Shown: piece after piece, positions 18,336-29,198 of the stretch | Layout of the letters: each line of letters starts with the position of its first letter | How positions within the stretch are numbered: position 1 is the stretch's first letter | NCBI RefSeq assembly: GCF_000189555.1 | Contig: NC_017276.1 | Length of the DNA: 64,000 nucleotides | Origin: Saccharolobus islandicus REY15A | GTDB taxonomy: Archaea > Thermoproteota > Thermoprotei_A > Sulfolobales > Sulfolobaceae | Direction: 5' to 3' (one strand) | Translations under genes and position numbers: made by a program | The notes under the pieces: model-generated | What the model saw: the letters and a program-made list of their open reading frames with translations, nothing else | Databases searched by the model: none | What the model was told of the DNA's origin: nothing

Positions 18336-19607
18336 TCAACTCCTCCTGATAAGCAATGTTACTACACCAGCTAAAATTGAGAATAGCGCCATGACGTAAA
18401 TTCCATCTACAAATGATCCAGTGTATGATTTTAGAAATCCCACTACTATAGGACCGGCAATTCCTCCAAGATTTCCAATAGCGTTTATCAAACCTATAGC
18501 AGCTGCAGCTGCATCGCCAGATAAATAACCTTGAGGTACCGCCCAAAACGTTGCAATGAAGCTGTAAATCCCTATAGCAGCTATTGCGAAAAGCATGAAT
18601 GATAAAATAAATATACTCTGAGTTGCAGCACTTAATGCTAAACCAATTCCAGCAACTAGAAATACTGCAAAGGTTACAAATCTATGATTTTGCCTTCTAT
18701 CAGCATAGCGAGCTATGAGAATTAATGATATCGAGGCAATAACATATGGTACTATTGACAGAAAACTAGCAATTGTAGCATTAACTTTACCAATAAAGCT
18801 AATAATTGATGGTAACCAGATCGAATAGCCGTAAAGACTTGTAACTCCTAAAAAGTAAACAATGGCAAGTAATATTACATTTAAGTCAGCTAATGCTTTA
18901 GTCCAACTAACCTTAACCTTCTCCACCTCCTCCTCCTTAAATGCTTGCTCTAATGCACTCCTTTCGTCATTGCTTAACCACTTGGCATCTCTTGGGAAGT
19001 CTGTTAAAATAAAGTACGCAAGTAACCCACCAAATATTGCCAATATTCCTTCATACCAGAACAAATATCGCCATCCTGGATAGTTACCATAAGCTGCAAA
19101 TATTACTCCAGCAATTAGACTACCAAATATTCCAGATATTGGAATTGCAGCAGTAAAGAAACTATTGGCAGTAGCTCTTTCTGGTTTCAAGAACCACAAA
19201 CTCAGATAGAACATTACACCCGCAAAGAATGGTCCTTCAGCTATTCCAAGTAGAAATCTTAGTACGTATACTTGCGAAACTGAGGTTACAAAACCAGTTG
19301 CAATAGTTATTATGCCCCACGCTAGAAATGCTATAAGAAATATTTTCCTAACACCATATCTGTTAATACCGAGATTTGAGAAGATTTGGGGAATAAAATA
19401 ACCTACAAAGAATAATGATGAAGCTAGGGAAGCAATTATACCAACTTCCTTAGCAGAAACTCCTAGATATTGGAACATTCCGGCATCTATTGCATAGGAA
19501 ATATTTACTCTATCGAGAAAGTTCACTATATATAAGAAAAAGAGCATAGGGAGTAGTCTCACATATCTTTTACTTCTTGATGTTTCAACTAGAGAACGAT
19601 AACTCAT
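18336..19607 (-). CDS. MFS transporter, anion:cation symporter (phthalate/tartrate permease-like)
   Basis: [35 protein letters not shown]. Confidence 0.9.
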   Translation of the reverse strand: MSYRSLVETSRSKRYVRLLPMLFFLYIVNFLDRVNISYAIDAGMFQYLGVSAKEVGIIASLASSLFFVGYFIPQIFSNLGINRYGVRKIFLIAFLAWGIITIATGFVTSVSQVYVLRFLLGIAEGPFFAGVMFYLSLWFLKPERATANSFFTAAIPISGIFGSLIAGVIFAAYGNYPGWRYLFWYEGILAIFGGLLAYFILTDFPRDAKWLSNDERSALEQAFKEEEVEKVKVSWTKALADLNVILLAIVYFLGVTSLYGYSIWLPSIISFIGKVNATIASFLSIVPYVIASISLILIARYADRRQNHRFVTFAVFLVAGIGLALSAATQSIFILSFMLFAIAAIGIYSFIATFWAVPQGYLSGDAAAAAIGLINAIGNLGGIAGPIVVGFLKSYTGSFVDGIYVMALFSILAGVVTLLIRRS

Positions 19608-19660
19608 AAACTAATTATGGTAATAATACTTAATAAGTTTTAACGGATCAAAATAGTCCA

Positions 19661-19933
19661 TTAAAAGTTTTCATTTTCTAATATAAAATAAATTGAGATA
19701 AGGGTTATTGAACCGCCTATTATCTTCTGTAAATTAGGTATTTGATGATAAATTAGTATTGCTAGCAACGTTACAATCACTGGCTCAATCAACTCGACTA
19801 ACGTCACTAAACTTATCGGCAATTTGTTTGCTGTATATATAACAGAATCTTGACCAATCAATGTGAGAATAAAAACTAAGCCTAAGATTGCAAATATTGA
19901 AATCAAATTTAATAAAAACTGAAAGTACTCCAC
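19661..19933 (-). pseudogene. C-terminal fragment of an EamA/DMT transporter (paralog of 21848-22627)
   Basis: SVIYTANKLPISLVT..ELIEPV..T.LAI.I.HQIP is near-identical to the C-terminus of the intact EamA; no N-terminal half. Confidence 0.8.
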
Positions 19934-20076
19934 AAACCAAGGTGTAAATATAATTATCTTATTAATAGTTTAACCATCAAGACGGAATTAATTATAAAGT
20001 TTAGTATAATTCTGGGAATTCACAAAAGCAGAAATACTAGAAATGTTTATATACTAGTAATTTAAAAAGTAAATTT

Positions 20077-20298
20077 ATGGAGAGGGTAAAGGTTACGAGA
20101 AATTACCAGATAACTATTCCAGCCTCGGCTAGGAGTAAGATTAATATAAAAGAAGGAGATATACTTGAGGTTTACTTGAACGGTGACGAGATAGTACTTC
20201 GGAAGGTTAAGACTGAGAGGCCGAGGATAAGGCTAGGCAGTAAACTCTCACTGGGAGATATTGAGGAGGCAATAGAGCGTGGAGAAGGCAATAGTTGA
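20077..20298 (+). CDS. vapB: AbrB/MazE-type antitoxin VapB
   Basis: KVTRNYQITIPASARSKINIKEGD; overlaps the downstream PIN gene; TATA TTTATATA at 20046. Confidence 0.92.
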   Translation: MERVKVTRNYQITIPASARSKINIKEGDILEVYLNGDEIVLRKVKTERPRIRLGSKLSLGDIEEAIERGEGNS

Positions 20299-20683
20299 CA
20301 CTAACGTGATAATTTACGACTACGTTGAAGACTCCGAATATCATAAGAGGGCGGAAGAGCTTCTCGATAGTTTGGATAGGTGGGTAATTCCCGTGATTGT
20401 AGTTCATGAGATCATGTGGTTCTTAAAGGGCATGAAACTTGAAGACAAGGTAGATGACGTTTTGGCTTATATTAGAAGTGAGAAAGCTGAGGTTGTCTGC
20501 GATTGTACAGATAACGTCACTGACGCTATAGGAGTGCTGAAGAAGGAAAAGCTTCCCTTGGTCAGCTACAAAGATATGGTAATACTTTCTCACGCAATTA
20601 GAGAAAAATTGCCTTTAGCCACTTTTGATAGGAAACTCTCAAAGATAGCAAAGAAGTACTCCGTAAGTTTGCTACAGTCGTAA
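20279..20683 (+). CDS. vapC: PIN-domain toxin VapC (I recall this locus as vapBC22 in P2)
   Basis: IVDTNVII, HE, D.VIL, LATFDRKL PIN motifs. Confidence 0.92.
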   Translation: MEKAIVDTNVIIYDYVEDSEYHKRAEELLDSLDRWVIPVIVVHEIMWFLKGMKLEDKVDDVLAYIRSEKAEVVCDCTDNVTDAIGVLKKEKLPLVSYKDMVILSHAIREKLPLATFDRKLSKIAKKYSVSLLQS

Positions 20684-20689
20684 ATTCTT

Positions 20690-21091
20690 AGGGGGTGTTC
20701 TCATGCAGTTATGTTATTCAATAGTGAGCAGTAAAATTATATCAGTATGCCTCTAATATACTGTATTCCTCCTATGGTGGAAAACCAGCACATTAGGTTT
20801 GTTAGCTTCCGGTATAAAAACCTTTCCATGAAAAATCGAGCATAGTCCACACTACTTATGCAAGCGATGTCACCTGCTTTACTCGCTAGCATCAAAGGGC
20901 CTATTATAATACAACACAGCCCAAATAATAACAGCAAGCTTTCTGGTACACGCAACAATCAACTTCCTACCCCTAAGCCTACCCTTGTGCTCCTCATAAA
21001 AACGCTTAATAATAGGATTAACCTTGATAGCAGTCAAAGCTGCAAGATAGGAAGCCCTCCTCAAAACAGCATCACCCCTCCTAGATATGCC
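20690..21091 (-). mobile_element. 3' fragment of an IS110-family element (transposase C-terminus plus ~190-nt downstream non-coding end)
   Basis: GISRRGDAVLRRASYLAA...RKLAVIIWAVLYYNRPF; truncated at 21091 by a second element. Confidence 0.75.
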
Positions 21092-21626
21092 TATATAGGT
21101 TATATTAGCCGAGGAGAATAATACTCCTCGGCTGGGGAAACATGGTCGACTTAGAAATTGAAGAAAAATCTTCGGCGAGAGGCGTGACAAGCCCCTACCG
21201 TTGGACTGAACATTGTGATAAAATTCACGAATATAAGTTGTACACTGCTTTGGCTAGGAAGTTGGCAAGGATTGTTTGGAGTGTTTGGTATAATAATAGG
21301 CCTTATGAGCCTAAATAGGTGAATCCCTCCCTCGAATCGCCACGTGGGTTGAAAGGACCCACGTGGCAATCTTAGCTAATACTATGCTTGAAGTTTGACC
21401 GAAAGGTTTATTACTGAACGCCCTTATTCGGGCTTTTTGTCCAACTTCCGGTCTGAATTGGAGGCAGGCCAAGCTAACAGCCGAGCTTTGAGCCCAAGAG
21501 GCGTAACGGCCTCACCCAGTCAGATCTGTATTACTCAGATCTGAGTAATATGTTTTATATAAGAGGCATAGAGCATATAGTGCTTTAGGACTAGGGGAGC
21601 TTAAGCTTTGGATTGCAACCTATATA
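21092..21626 (+). mobile_element. Internally deleted IS110/IS1111-type element with a structured 3' non-coding region
   Basis: 10-bp IR TATATAGGTT/AACCTATATA at the ends; transposase C-terminal remnant EHCDK...ARKLARIVWSVWYNNRPYEPK-stop (21208-21318); several hairpins. Confidence 0.6.
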
Positions 21627-21847
21627 TAACGCCCCTACCTAATCAATCTTCTGTACTGGGTATTCCAGAACGGTTTCGTTCGGCGGAATTTCTTCTGCTG
21701 GGGGATCGACGTTTCTCTAAGAAGTAAAAAACCATTACCGAGAAATGGGGATGCCCTTCATAAGGGCGTCATACTTCACACCCTTCCTTAGTGTCTTCTC
21801 TAATGTTGATAATAAGGCACTCTTTTGATATAGTAACATAGAATGGT

Positions 21848-22627
21848 TTATCGTCTGAATGCAAAATATATGGAAATCAAGGTTATTGTTCCTCCTATGA
21901 GTTCTTGGGTATCTGGTATTTGGTGAAATATAGGTATTGCTAATATTGTAGCCATAACTGGTTCAATCAATTCCGCAGAAGTAACTAAACTGATCGGCAA
22001 CTTATTTGCAGTATATATGACTGAGCCATGGCCAATAAGAGTTGGAACTAACACTAAACCTAGTACAGCTAATATTGATATTGGGTTAATATCACCTAAA
22101 CCGTAAAATGGAAGGACTGGGATCATAAAAATAGAGGATATTAGATAAATAATAGGTATGATTGAAAGAGAGTCATAATCTAGTCTAGAAAGGAAATATG
22201 TGTAAATTGCAAATGAAATTGCTGAAAGTATAGCGAGTACATTGCCAAAAATATATCCAAACGAAGTGTTAAAATTCATGATAAATATTCCTAGGATTGC
22301 CATAATTATGAAAGGATCAATTTTCTTCTTAAATAACATTGCAAATATCGGGCTAGTAGAGACTAGAATGGTTGATGAAGCTATTGTAGTTAGAAATACA
22401 CTAGAAACAAAGAATAACATGTGAAGAGAAAGAAACAGAGATGGTAAGATAAATCGTTTTAAGATGATTTTCCTTCTTCTCTTTGACACGAATGGGAGAA
22501 GAAGAATCCCTGCTATTAAAAATCTTAGAAAAGTTATAAAAGGAGGAGTTATAGTACAAAATTTTACAAATATTGCAGCTGTTCCAAAGGCTACACCTCC
22601 TAAAAATAAAATTATTTTATCCCTCAT
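21848..22627 (-). CDS. EamA/DMT family transporter
   Basis: Two-repeat DMT pattern, about 10 TM helices. Confidence 0.88.
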   Translation of the reverse strand: MRDKIILFLGGVAFGTAAIFVKFCTITPPFITFLRFLIAGILLLPFVSKRRRKIILKRFILPSLFLSLHMLFFVSSVFLTTIASSTILVSTSPIFAMLFKKKIDPFIIMAILGIFIMNFNTSFGYIFGNVLAILSAISFAIYTYFLSRLDYDSLSIIPIIYLISSIFMIPVLPFYGLGDINPISILAVLGLVLVPTLIGHGSVIYTANKLPISLVTSAELIEPVMATILAIPIFHQIPDTQELIGGTITLISIYFAFRR

Positions 22628-22989
22628 ATTGTGAAAATAATCAGTAAGATATTTAAGTATACTGTAGCGGGAGATTATAGGTAAACTATTTTTGGAAAAC
22701 AGTGAATGTGTTGAAAGGGCTGAAGAATATTGTTGAAGGAAAGTAAATAGAGGAAAGGTTATTAAAATTAGTTTATAGAAAGAGCGAATGGGAGTGAGTT
22801 CTTAAACGAAGCTAATGTACGTACAGAAACTTTAAGTAACTTCTTGATTAGAAAGACATTATTTAACAGTTAGGGATGGTAAATTATTATCAGCTAGTTG
22901 ACTCTGTTAAATAAAGATGGTAAATCTTCTTTAATCTCTCAGTTAACTTTAAAATTCGTTTCGGTTACGATATCTTGTGTTTTTAATAG

Positions 22990-23643
22990 CTTTGCTGTTT
23001 ACGTAAAAGGCTTGTTAAGACATATAATGGCAAAGTAAAGGCACTTAATGGAATTGACTTAGAAGTTGAGTGGGGCACTGCGTTTGCCCTTCTACGTCCT
23101 AACGGCGCAGGAAAAACAACCTTAATCAGGATATTATCAATTCAAATACCACCAAGTGGAGGTTCGGCTTATATTGGTGGTTATAATGTAACTGATGATG
23201 CAAACAAAGCTAGAAAAATAATAGGATACGTCACTCAAGAGATAAGTGTTTGGACCGATCTCACTGCATACGATAATTTACTAATTTACAGTAAAATTTA
23301 CGGTATACCATCCTCGGAGAGAAAGGAAAAGTAGAATACATTCTAGCTATATAGGTTAGGATTATACGAGATCAGAAACGATCTAGCCTCTTTCATGAAA
23401 ACCAGGGAGATATTTATGGGAATGGGCAAGTAATAACTATGCCCTTATTCTTAGCTAGTAATGGACTTTACACATAGAACTAATGCCTTAGGTAATCCAT
23501 TAACTTATATTATAGATATTTGTAGGAGGCTAATGATAACTGGTAATACAGATGGTGTAGTATGTGATGTTTTAGCCATTTTAATATTTAACGTAGTAAT
23601 GTACTTCTTAGCATCTATAAGGTTTAAGAAGATTATAGAGTAA
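22990..23643 (+). pseudogene. Decayed ABC-2 exporter (ATPase 5' part fused by deletion to the permease 3' end)
   Basis: LVKTYNGKVKALNGIDL..RPNGAGKTTLIRILS then a stop near 23334; permease tail GNPLTYIIDICRRLMI. Confidence 0.78.
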
Positions 23644-23790
23644 TTTTATGCAGTTAGTCTATAATATTTACGTAATCAAGATTTCTTTATGAGAAAAATA
23701 TGGAGATTCAATACTCTATTTAATCTATATAATTGATATGATAGATAAGCTTATAAGTTTCTTTATCCAATTACGACATGGCGAAAAGAA

Positions 23791-24552
23791 ATGAATTACT
23801 TCCCAATCCTTTTAGGTCTAATAGCAGGAGGTACGGTTGCTATAGGAGCAATAATAATATCCAAAGGAAAATTCAACAAAACAACAATTGGATATCTAGG
23901 AGCGTTTACTGGAGGAATATTATCATATTTAGCATTGGATACTGGTTCGGAAGCTGAAGAAATAGTTACCAATTTCTTAGCGGTCAAAGATTACCCAGAT
24001 TTCACCGTTGCCCTTATCTTAACTTCAATAGGACTAATAGGAACATGGTTGCTTTTAAGTCTTTTAGAAAAGAACCCAAGTGGTGAAGGATTGCCGGTTG
24101 TTGTGGCTAGCGCTCTAGGATTTCACAATATAGGGGAAGGATTTGCCATAGCCGCAGCATTATTATCAGGGTCAGTAGCTGCAGCCTGGGCTTTTACGAT
24201 AGGGTTCGCTGTTCACAACGCGACTGAGGGATTTGCCATATCGTCACCAGCAGTAATGTCAAAAAGAGTAATGGGGCTAAAGGTTCTAATACCACTATCC
24301 CTACTTGCTGGTTTACCTACTACCTTAGGAGCTTCAATATACTATCTTGGTATTTCAAACGAAATATTCTTAGCATTTCTTAACGTAGTGGCCTCAGCTT
24401 CCTTAGTGTTTGTGATGATTAGGATTAACATAAACGCAGCATCACTACTAGGTGGATTTAAGGCTAGGTTCTGGACATGGCTATTTATAGGTATAGCGAC
24501 CACTTACGGACTTGAAGTATTGCTGGATATATTAGGAGGAGGGACTTTCTAA
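23791..24552 (+). CDS. ZIP-family (ZupT/GufA) divalent metal transporter
   Basis: GFHNIGEGFAI and AVHNATEGFAI motifs. Confidence 0.88.
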   Translation: MNYFPILLGLIAGGTVAIGAIIISKGKFNKTTIGYLGAFTGGILSYLALDTGSEAEEIVTNFLAVKDYPDFTVALILTSIGLIGTWLLLSLLEKNPSGEGLPVVVASALGFHNIGEGFAIAAALLSGSVAAAWAFTIGFAVHNATEGFAISSPAVMSKRVMGLKVLIPLSLLAGLPTTLGASIYYLGISNEIFLAFLNVVASASLVFVMIRININAASLLGGFKARFWTWLFIGIATTYGLEVLLDILGGGTF

Positions 24553-24589
24553 TTAAAATATTAAAGCCGTGTAGCGTTTATTTATATTT

Positions 24590-25498
24590 ATGAGATTAGA
24601 AGGTGTAGTAGTTCCATTAATCACACCCTTTTTAGAGGATTATTCAATAGATAAGGAAGGTCTTAAATGGTTAGTATCTTACTTAAGTGAAAATGGGGTT
24701 AACGGAATATTCGTAAATTCAAGCGTAGGTGAGTTCGCAAGCTTAACTCTAGACGAAATGAAACTAGTAACAAAGATAGCCTTAGATTCCAGAAAAAGTT
24801 ACAGCACATTAATTTTCGCGGGAGCTTCTACTAACTTTACAGAGGAAACCATAAAGCTAGCTAAGGATTTTAAGGATATGGGAGTTGATGCAATAGTAGT
24901 AATGGCTCCATATTTCTTTAAGGTAAGAGAAAAAGAGTTGTTGGATCACTTTTCAATGATAGCTGAGAAAGTGGATCTTCCTATCATTATATACAATATA
25001 CCCCTCTTCACCGGAATCGACATACCAATCTCAGTTTACAAGATGTTAGTATCTCAACACTCCAATATAATTGGAACTAAAGTAACCCTAGACAGCCTAA
25101 TTTTCTTCAAGAAGTTGATTAGTGAAATAAGAGAAATAAGAAAGGACTTTTCAATACTTACGGGGTTTGACGAGTACCTATTACCACTTCTATATATGGG
25201 TGGTAATGGTGGGGTAATGGGTCTAGCCAACGCCATCCCAAAGCTCCATTTGAAAGTGTACGAAAGTTGGAAAAATGGCAATCTTTCTGACGCTAATAAA
25301 TACTGGAGAAACGTATTAAACCTAACTGATATTTACGATTATTGTAACTCGTATACTGCATCAATTAAACTACTGCTTAAGGTATTGAATATGCCTATAA
25401 AAAACGTAGTAAGACCTCCTTTATCAATATGTGAAGAAGAGAGTAAAATACGAGGGATGATAAAAGATCTGTCACCTTTTCTCACAAATAGCAAATAA
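24590..25498 (+). CDS. DHDPS/NAL-family class I aldolase (KDG-aldolase-like)
   Basis: GVVVPLITPF, SSVGEF, IIYNIP, Schiff-base GTKVT, TGFD. Confidence 0.9.
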   Translation: MRLEGVVVPLITPFLEDYSIDKEGLKWLVSYLSENGVNGIFVNSSVGEFASLTLDEMKLVTKIALDSRKSYSTLIFAGASTNFTEETIKLAKDFKDMGVDAIVVMAPYFFKVREKELLDHFSMIAEKVDLPIIIYNIPLFTGIDIPISVYKMLVSQHSNIIGTKVTLDSLIFFKKLISEIREIRKDFSILTGFDEYLLPLLYMGGNGGVMGLANAIPKLHLKVYESWKNGNLSDANKYWRNVLNLTDIYDYCNSYTASIKLLLKVLNMPIKNVVRPPLSICEEESKIRGMIKDLSPFLTNSK

Positions 25499-26203
25499 CC
25501 TAGTTGGTCCTCCCTCAGCACCAACGATTTTTAGAGGCGCATAAAAGAATAGTGCCTCACCATTTTTACACTCTTCTAACACTTTCTTCATATTGTTCAC
25601 GCTTTCCAATATTATTATGCCATTACTAAGCAACTTATGATGTACGTAAACTACCTCATCCCAGTTTGTTCTAGGAGGATATTCCTTTCCTGCCCAACCA
25701 GCAATACTCATGCTTTCTATTCCCACAGCTCTTATCTTTTTACTCACCAAGTAATCAGCACCGTTAGAATCAAGATAAGGCCAATTGTATAGGAAGTCTT
25801 CTTTACCCCTTGTTGCTGAGAAACCAGTGTAGAGCATTACAACGTAATTCTCTTTTATCTTGTAATCAAACTTCTTTAGGTCATTGCTAGATATTGGTTC
25901 TCCTAATTTCTTATAACTTAAGTCTAAAACGTTGCCATAACCTATAAATTGTATTATGTTAAATTTTTCAACACTTTCTCCATTAGGTACGAAATGTAAA
26001 GGGAGGTCTATATGAGTGCCAGAGTGTAGCCCCATGTATACTGTTGAAAGTGTAACTTCGCCATATTTATTACCTTTCCTAAAATATTCGTGTTTAAATG
26101 GTGGATCTCCGATATACGTCTGCATTCCATTAAACATGTCGTAAGTCATATCTATTAGTAATAAGTTACCCTTTGACATTTGATCGAATAACTCCTCAAT
26201 CAT
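25472..26203 (-). CDS. Cyclase/kynurenine formamidase-like metal-dependent hydrolase
   Basis: HSGTHIDLPLHF (HxGTHxDxPxH) motif. Confidence 0.9.
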   Translation of the reverse strand: MIEELFDQMSKGNLLLIDMTYDMFNGMQTYIGDPPFKHEYFRKGNKYGEVTLSTVYMGLHSGTHIDLPLHFVPNGESVEKFNIIQFIGYGNVLDLSYKKLGEPISSNDLKKFDYKIKENYVVMLYTGFSATRGKEDFLYNWPYLDSNGADYLVSKKIRAVGIESMSIAGWAGKEYPPRTNWDEVVYVHHKLLSNGIIILESVNNMKKVLEECKNGEALFFYAPLKIVGAEGGPTRLFAICEKR

Positions 26204-26322
26204 ATTGAAAAATAAGTTATTGTCATTATAATAACGTTTTCGCTAACCTGTCAACAAAACTATAGGCTAACATAATAAAAAAGATTAAGTATAATGTTTT
26301 AATAAATATAAAACTTCCCCAA

Positions 26323-27438
26323 CTATTTTATAATTTGTGTTTTACTAGTAATCAAATTACTCCCATTCAGATCGAATATTTTTACTTTATTTGGTTTAGC
26401 TAGTAGATGAGTTTCAATTCCAGTCTCTAATGGTTCTTCTGCATCAACTATTATATCTATATTTTCGTCAGTAATTGGAGATACAACTATCTTAAATATA
26501 CCAGCACCATAACTTACCAACTTTACTTTTACAATACCCATGTCTATATACTTATCTAGTAAAGTATCAGAAAGAGTTAGGTCATCTGGTCTTAACCCTA
26601 TAACTATATTGCTTTGTCCTTTTAATTCCATATTATTTAGGGGTACTTTTAAGTTAGCTATTATCGCATTATTTTCTATTATCTTTGCTTGTATCAAGTT
26701 TATTTCACCAGTTAGCCTAGCTATTAGATCTGTCGCAGGATATTCATATATTTCAGTTGGAGTACCTATTTGGGCGAATTTTCCATTAACAATAACTCCA
26801 GCTTTATTTGCTATAGCAAATATGTCTGCTGGGTCATGGGATACAATTAGTGTAGTTAGCTTTCTCTCTCTTTGTATCTTCCTTACTAAAGCCCTTGCGC
26901 TTTCCCTAATCTGCGCATCCAGATTACTGAAGGGCTCGTCTAACAGAAGAACCTTAGGATCTTTTACTAACGCTCTAGCTATTGCTGTTCTTTGCATTTG
27001 ACCTCCAGACAGTTCTTTAGGGTATCTGTTTAAAACACCGGATAAACCTAATTCTTCAGAAACTTCCTTAACCTTGTTTTCTATCTTATCTTTAGGTACC
27101 TTGGCCAGTTTTAATGGAAAGGCTATATTATCGAAAACAGTCATATTGGGATATAAGGCCCAATTCTGAAAGACCATTGCAATGCCTCTTTTCTCCGGAC
27201 TCATCACAACTCTACGTGGTGATGATACTGCCTCATTATCGAAATATATATAACCACTAGTAGGTTCTTCTAATCCTGCTATCAACCTTAGAAATGTAGT
27301 CTTTCCGTGACCGCTTGGTCCTAAAACACCAAAAGCCATTCCCGAGTCTATTGTTATTGACACATTATCCACTGCCTTTACTTCTGTTTTACCTTTTTTG
27401 AATATTTTAGATAGATTTTCTACTCTAATTGTGGTCAT
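26323..27438 (-). CDS. araV: Arabinose ABC transporter ATP-binding protein AraV
   Basis: Recognised sequence MTTIRVENLSKIFKKGKTEVKAVD; GPSGHGKTT, LSGGQMQR. Confidence 0.93.
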   Translation of the reverse strand: MTTIRVENLSKIFKKGKTEVKAVDNVSITIDSGMAFGVLGPSGHGKTTFLRLIAGLEEPTSGYIYFDNEAVSSPRRVVMSPEKRGIAMVFQNWALYPNMTVFDNIAFPLKLAKVPKDKIENKVKEVSEELGLSGVLNRYPKELSGGQMQRTAIARALVKDPKVLLLDEPFSNLDAQIRESARALVRKIQRERKLTTLIVSHDPADIFAIANKAGVIVNGKFAQIGTPTEIYEYPATDLIARLTGEINLIQAKIIENNAIIANLKVPLNNMELKGQSNIVIGLRPDDLTLSDTLLDKYIDMGIVKVKLVSYGAGIFKIVVSPITDENIDIIVDAEEPLETGIETHLLAKPNKVKIFDLNGSNLITSKTQIIK

Positions 27439-27443
27439 TATCT

Positions 27444-28331
27444 CTACACCCCTTTAGCTCCTCCACCTAATGCTGCTAATCCACGTATAAAATATCTTCC
27501 GAGAAATATAAATATTATTAACGGTATTAAGGAAGAAATAACTCCAGCTGCAAACGACCTATTATAAATTAACGCATAGGCAGCAGTATAGAATCTAGCT
27601 GCTACCGGTAACATTAACATGTTTGGTGTATTTGTAAGTATTAATGGTATGAAGAACTCATTCCAAATCTGTAAGAAAACGAATATTAAAGTTGATAGGA
27701 ATCCGGGGAATATCAATGGGAATACTACTCTCCACAGTATAGTCCAGTCTCCAGCTCCATCCATTCTAGCTGATTCTATTAAGTACTTAGGAACTACGGG
27801 AAGAAATATTGACATTAGTAACGCAGAAGTCGGTACATAGAATATTAGCATAGCGAATATCAACCCTATATAAGTATTGTAAACGTTTAGAGAAGTCTCT
27901 AACTCAATCAATGGAAACGTAACTGTTTCTATAGGAAGGAAGGTTGCTAAGGCCATTATGGAAAATAAGCCATTGCTTATTATTCCATGTTTCTCACTAA
28001 GTACAAAGAAGAAATAAGCAGTCATCGTCCCTATTACTACCGATAGTAATACGGATGGTATGGCTACAAGGAGATATCTTAACAGTGTTGGTTCCAATCC
28101 GGGAATAGTTGCATATCCAAACCAAGCAAAAGCGTATGCGTCTAGTGATGGCTTAGATGGAGGAAGGAGTATCGGAGTACTAGCTGCTTCTAAATTGGAT
28201 TTTAATCCCCCTAAAATCATAGCGTACAACGGAACTAACCACATGATAACGAGTATTGCAGCTATTATTTCCAATAATGCATACTTAATTGAACTTGTTA
28301 TATAACTGCCTTTACTTACAGATCTTTCCAT
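27444..28331 (-). CDS. araU: Arabinose ABC transporter permease
   Basis: CUT1 EAA motif IESARMDGA; operon position. Confidence 0.88.
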   Translation of the reverse strand: MERSVSKGSYITSSIKYALLEIIAAILVIMWLVPLYAMILGGLKSNLEAASTPILLPPSKPSLDAYAFAWFGYATIPGLEPTLLRYLLVAIPSVLLSVVIGTMTAYFFFVLSEKHGIISNGLFSIMALATFLPIETVTFPLIELETSLNVYNTYIGLIFAMLIFYVPTSALLMSIFLPVVPKYLIESARMDGAGDWTILWRVVFPLIFPGFLSTLIFVFLQIWNEFFIPLILTNTPNMLMLPVAARFYTAAYALIYNRSFAAGVISSLIPLIIFIFLGRYFIRGLAALGGGAKGV

Positions 28332-28337
28332 TTTACC

Positions 28338-29195
28338 TCACCTTCTAAACACCCATCTTTTTAAACCTAGTATTGCGTAAGGAATAATTACTACTGCAGC
28401 TATTAATGCCACTAACGATGATAATGCTGAAGATAAAGAGAAATACTCAGTACTAAACAAAATGTAAATATATTCTACTAGGCTCATCATATTTGGGTTT
28501 GTAGGACCTCCTATAGTAAACGGTACAGTAAATATTCTAAATGAGAATAGAAATAGAAGAGCTGTAGATACTATTAGTCCATTCATTGAGTTTGGTAATA
28601 TGATCCTAAATAATAAATAAAAATTATTTGCACCATCTATTTTAGCTGCCTCAATAATAGATTTATCCACGCTCATAAAAGAAGCAAGAAAGAATAGCAC
28701 TGCTAAACCAGTATATGCCCATGTTTCTATAATTATCATCCCTGCGTAAATAGTGGGTTGTGTAGTTAGCCAAATTATATTTGGGAAGTGGAATATTCTT
28801 AAGACTAAATTAATGCCAGTTTGAGGATTAAATAACCACTGCCAAGTTATGGCGTAAGTAGAAGAAGGTACAGCTAAGGGATATAAAAATACAGATAAGT
28901 AAATGGCTCTTCTCGTATTACTCTTTAAAAAATATAAAATTCCAGCTCCCAGTATTCCAAGTATATTACCTATTGCAACAGCAGCTATAGTATATACAAT
29001 TGTATGAGTAACGGCTAAACTAAAAAAGTATTCTGAAAATAAAGTCTGATAAGTGCCTAAACCTGCAAAACTCGGATGTAAATTAAATAATGACCAATTC
29101 AAAAGTGAAAAGTAAACATTGAGAGCCAATAAGTATATCAAAAAAGCTGCAAATATAAATCCCGGTATAGACATTAAGATGGCTCCTTTCCTCAT
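28338..29195 (-). CDS. araT: Arabinose ABC transporter permease
   Basis: IIEAAKIDGA motif; operon position. Confidence 0.88.
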   Translation of the reverse strand: MRKGAILMSIPGFIFAAFLIYLLALNVYFSLLNWSLFNLHPSFAGLGTYQTLFSEYFFSLAVTHTIVYTIAAVAIGNILGILGAGILYFLKSNTRRAIYLSVFLYPLAVPSSTYAITWQWLFNPQTGINLVLRIFHFPNIIWLTTQPTIYAGMIIIETWAYTGLAVLFFLASFMSVDKSIIEAAKIDGANNFYLLFRIILPNSMNGLIVSTALLFLFSFRIFTVPFTIGGPTNPNMMSLVEYIYILFSTEYFSLSSALSSLVALIAAVVIIPYAILGLKRWVFRR

Positions 29196-29198
29196 TAC

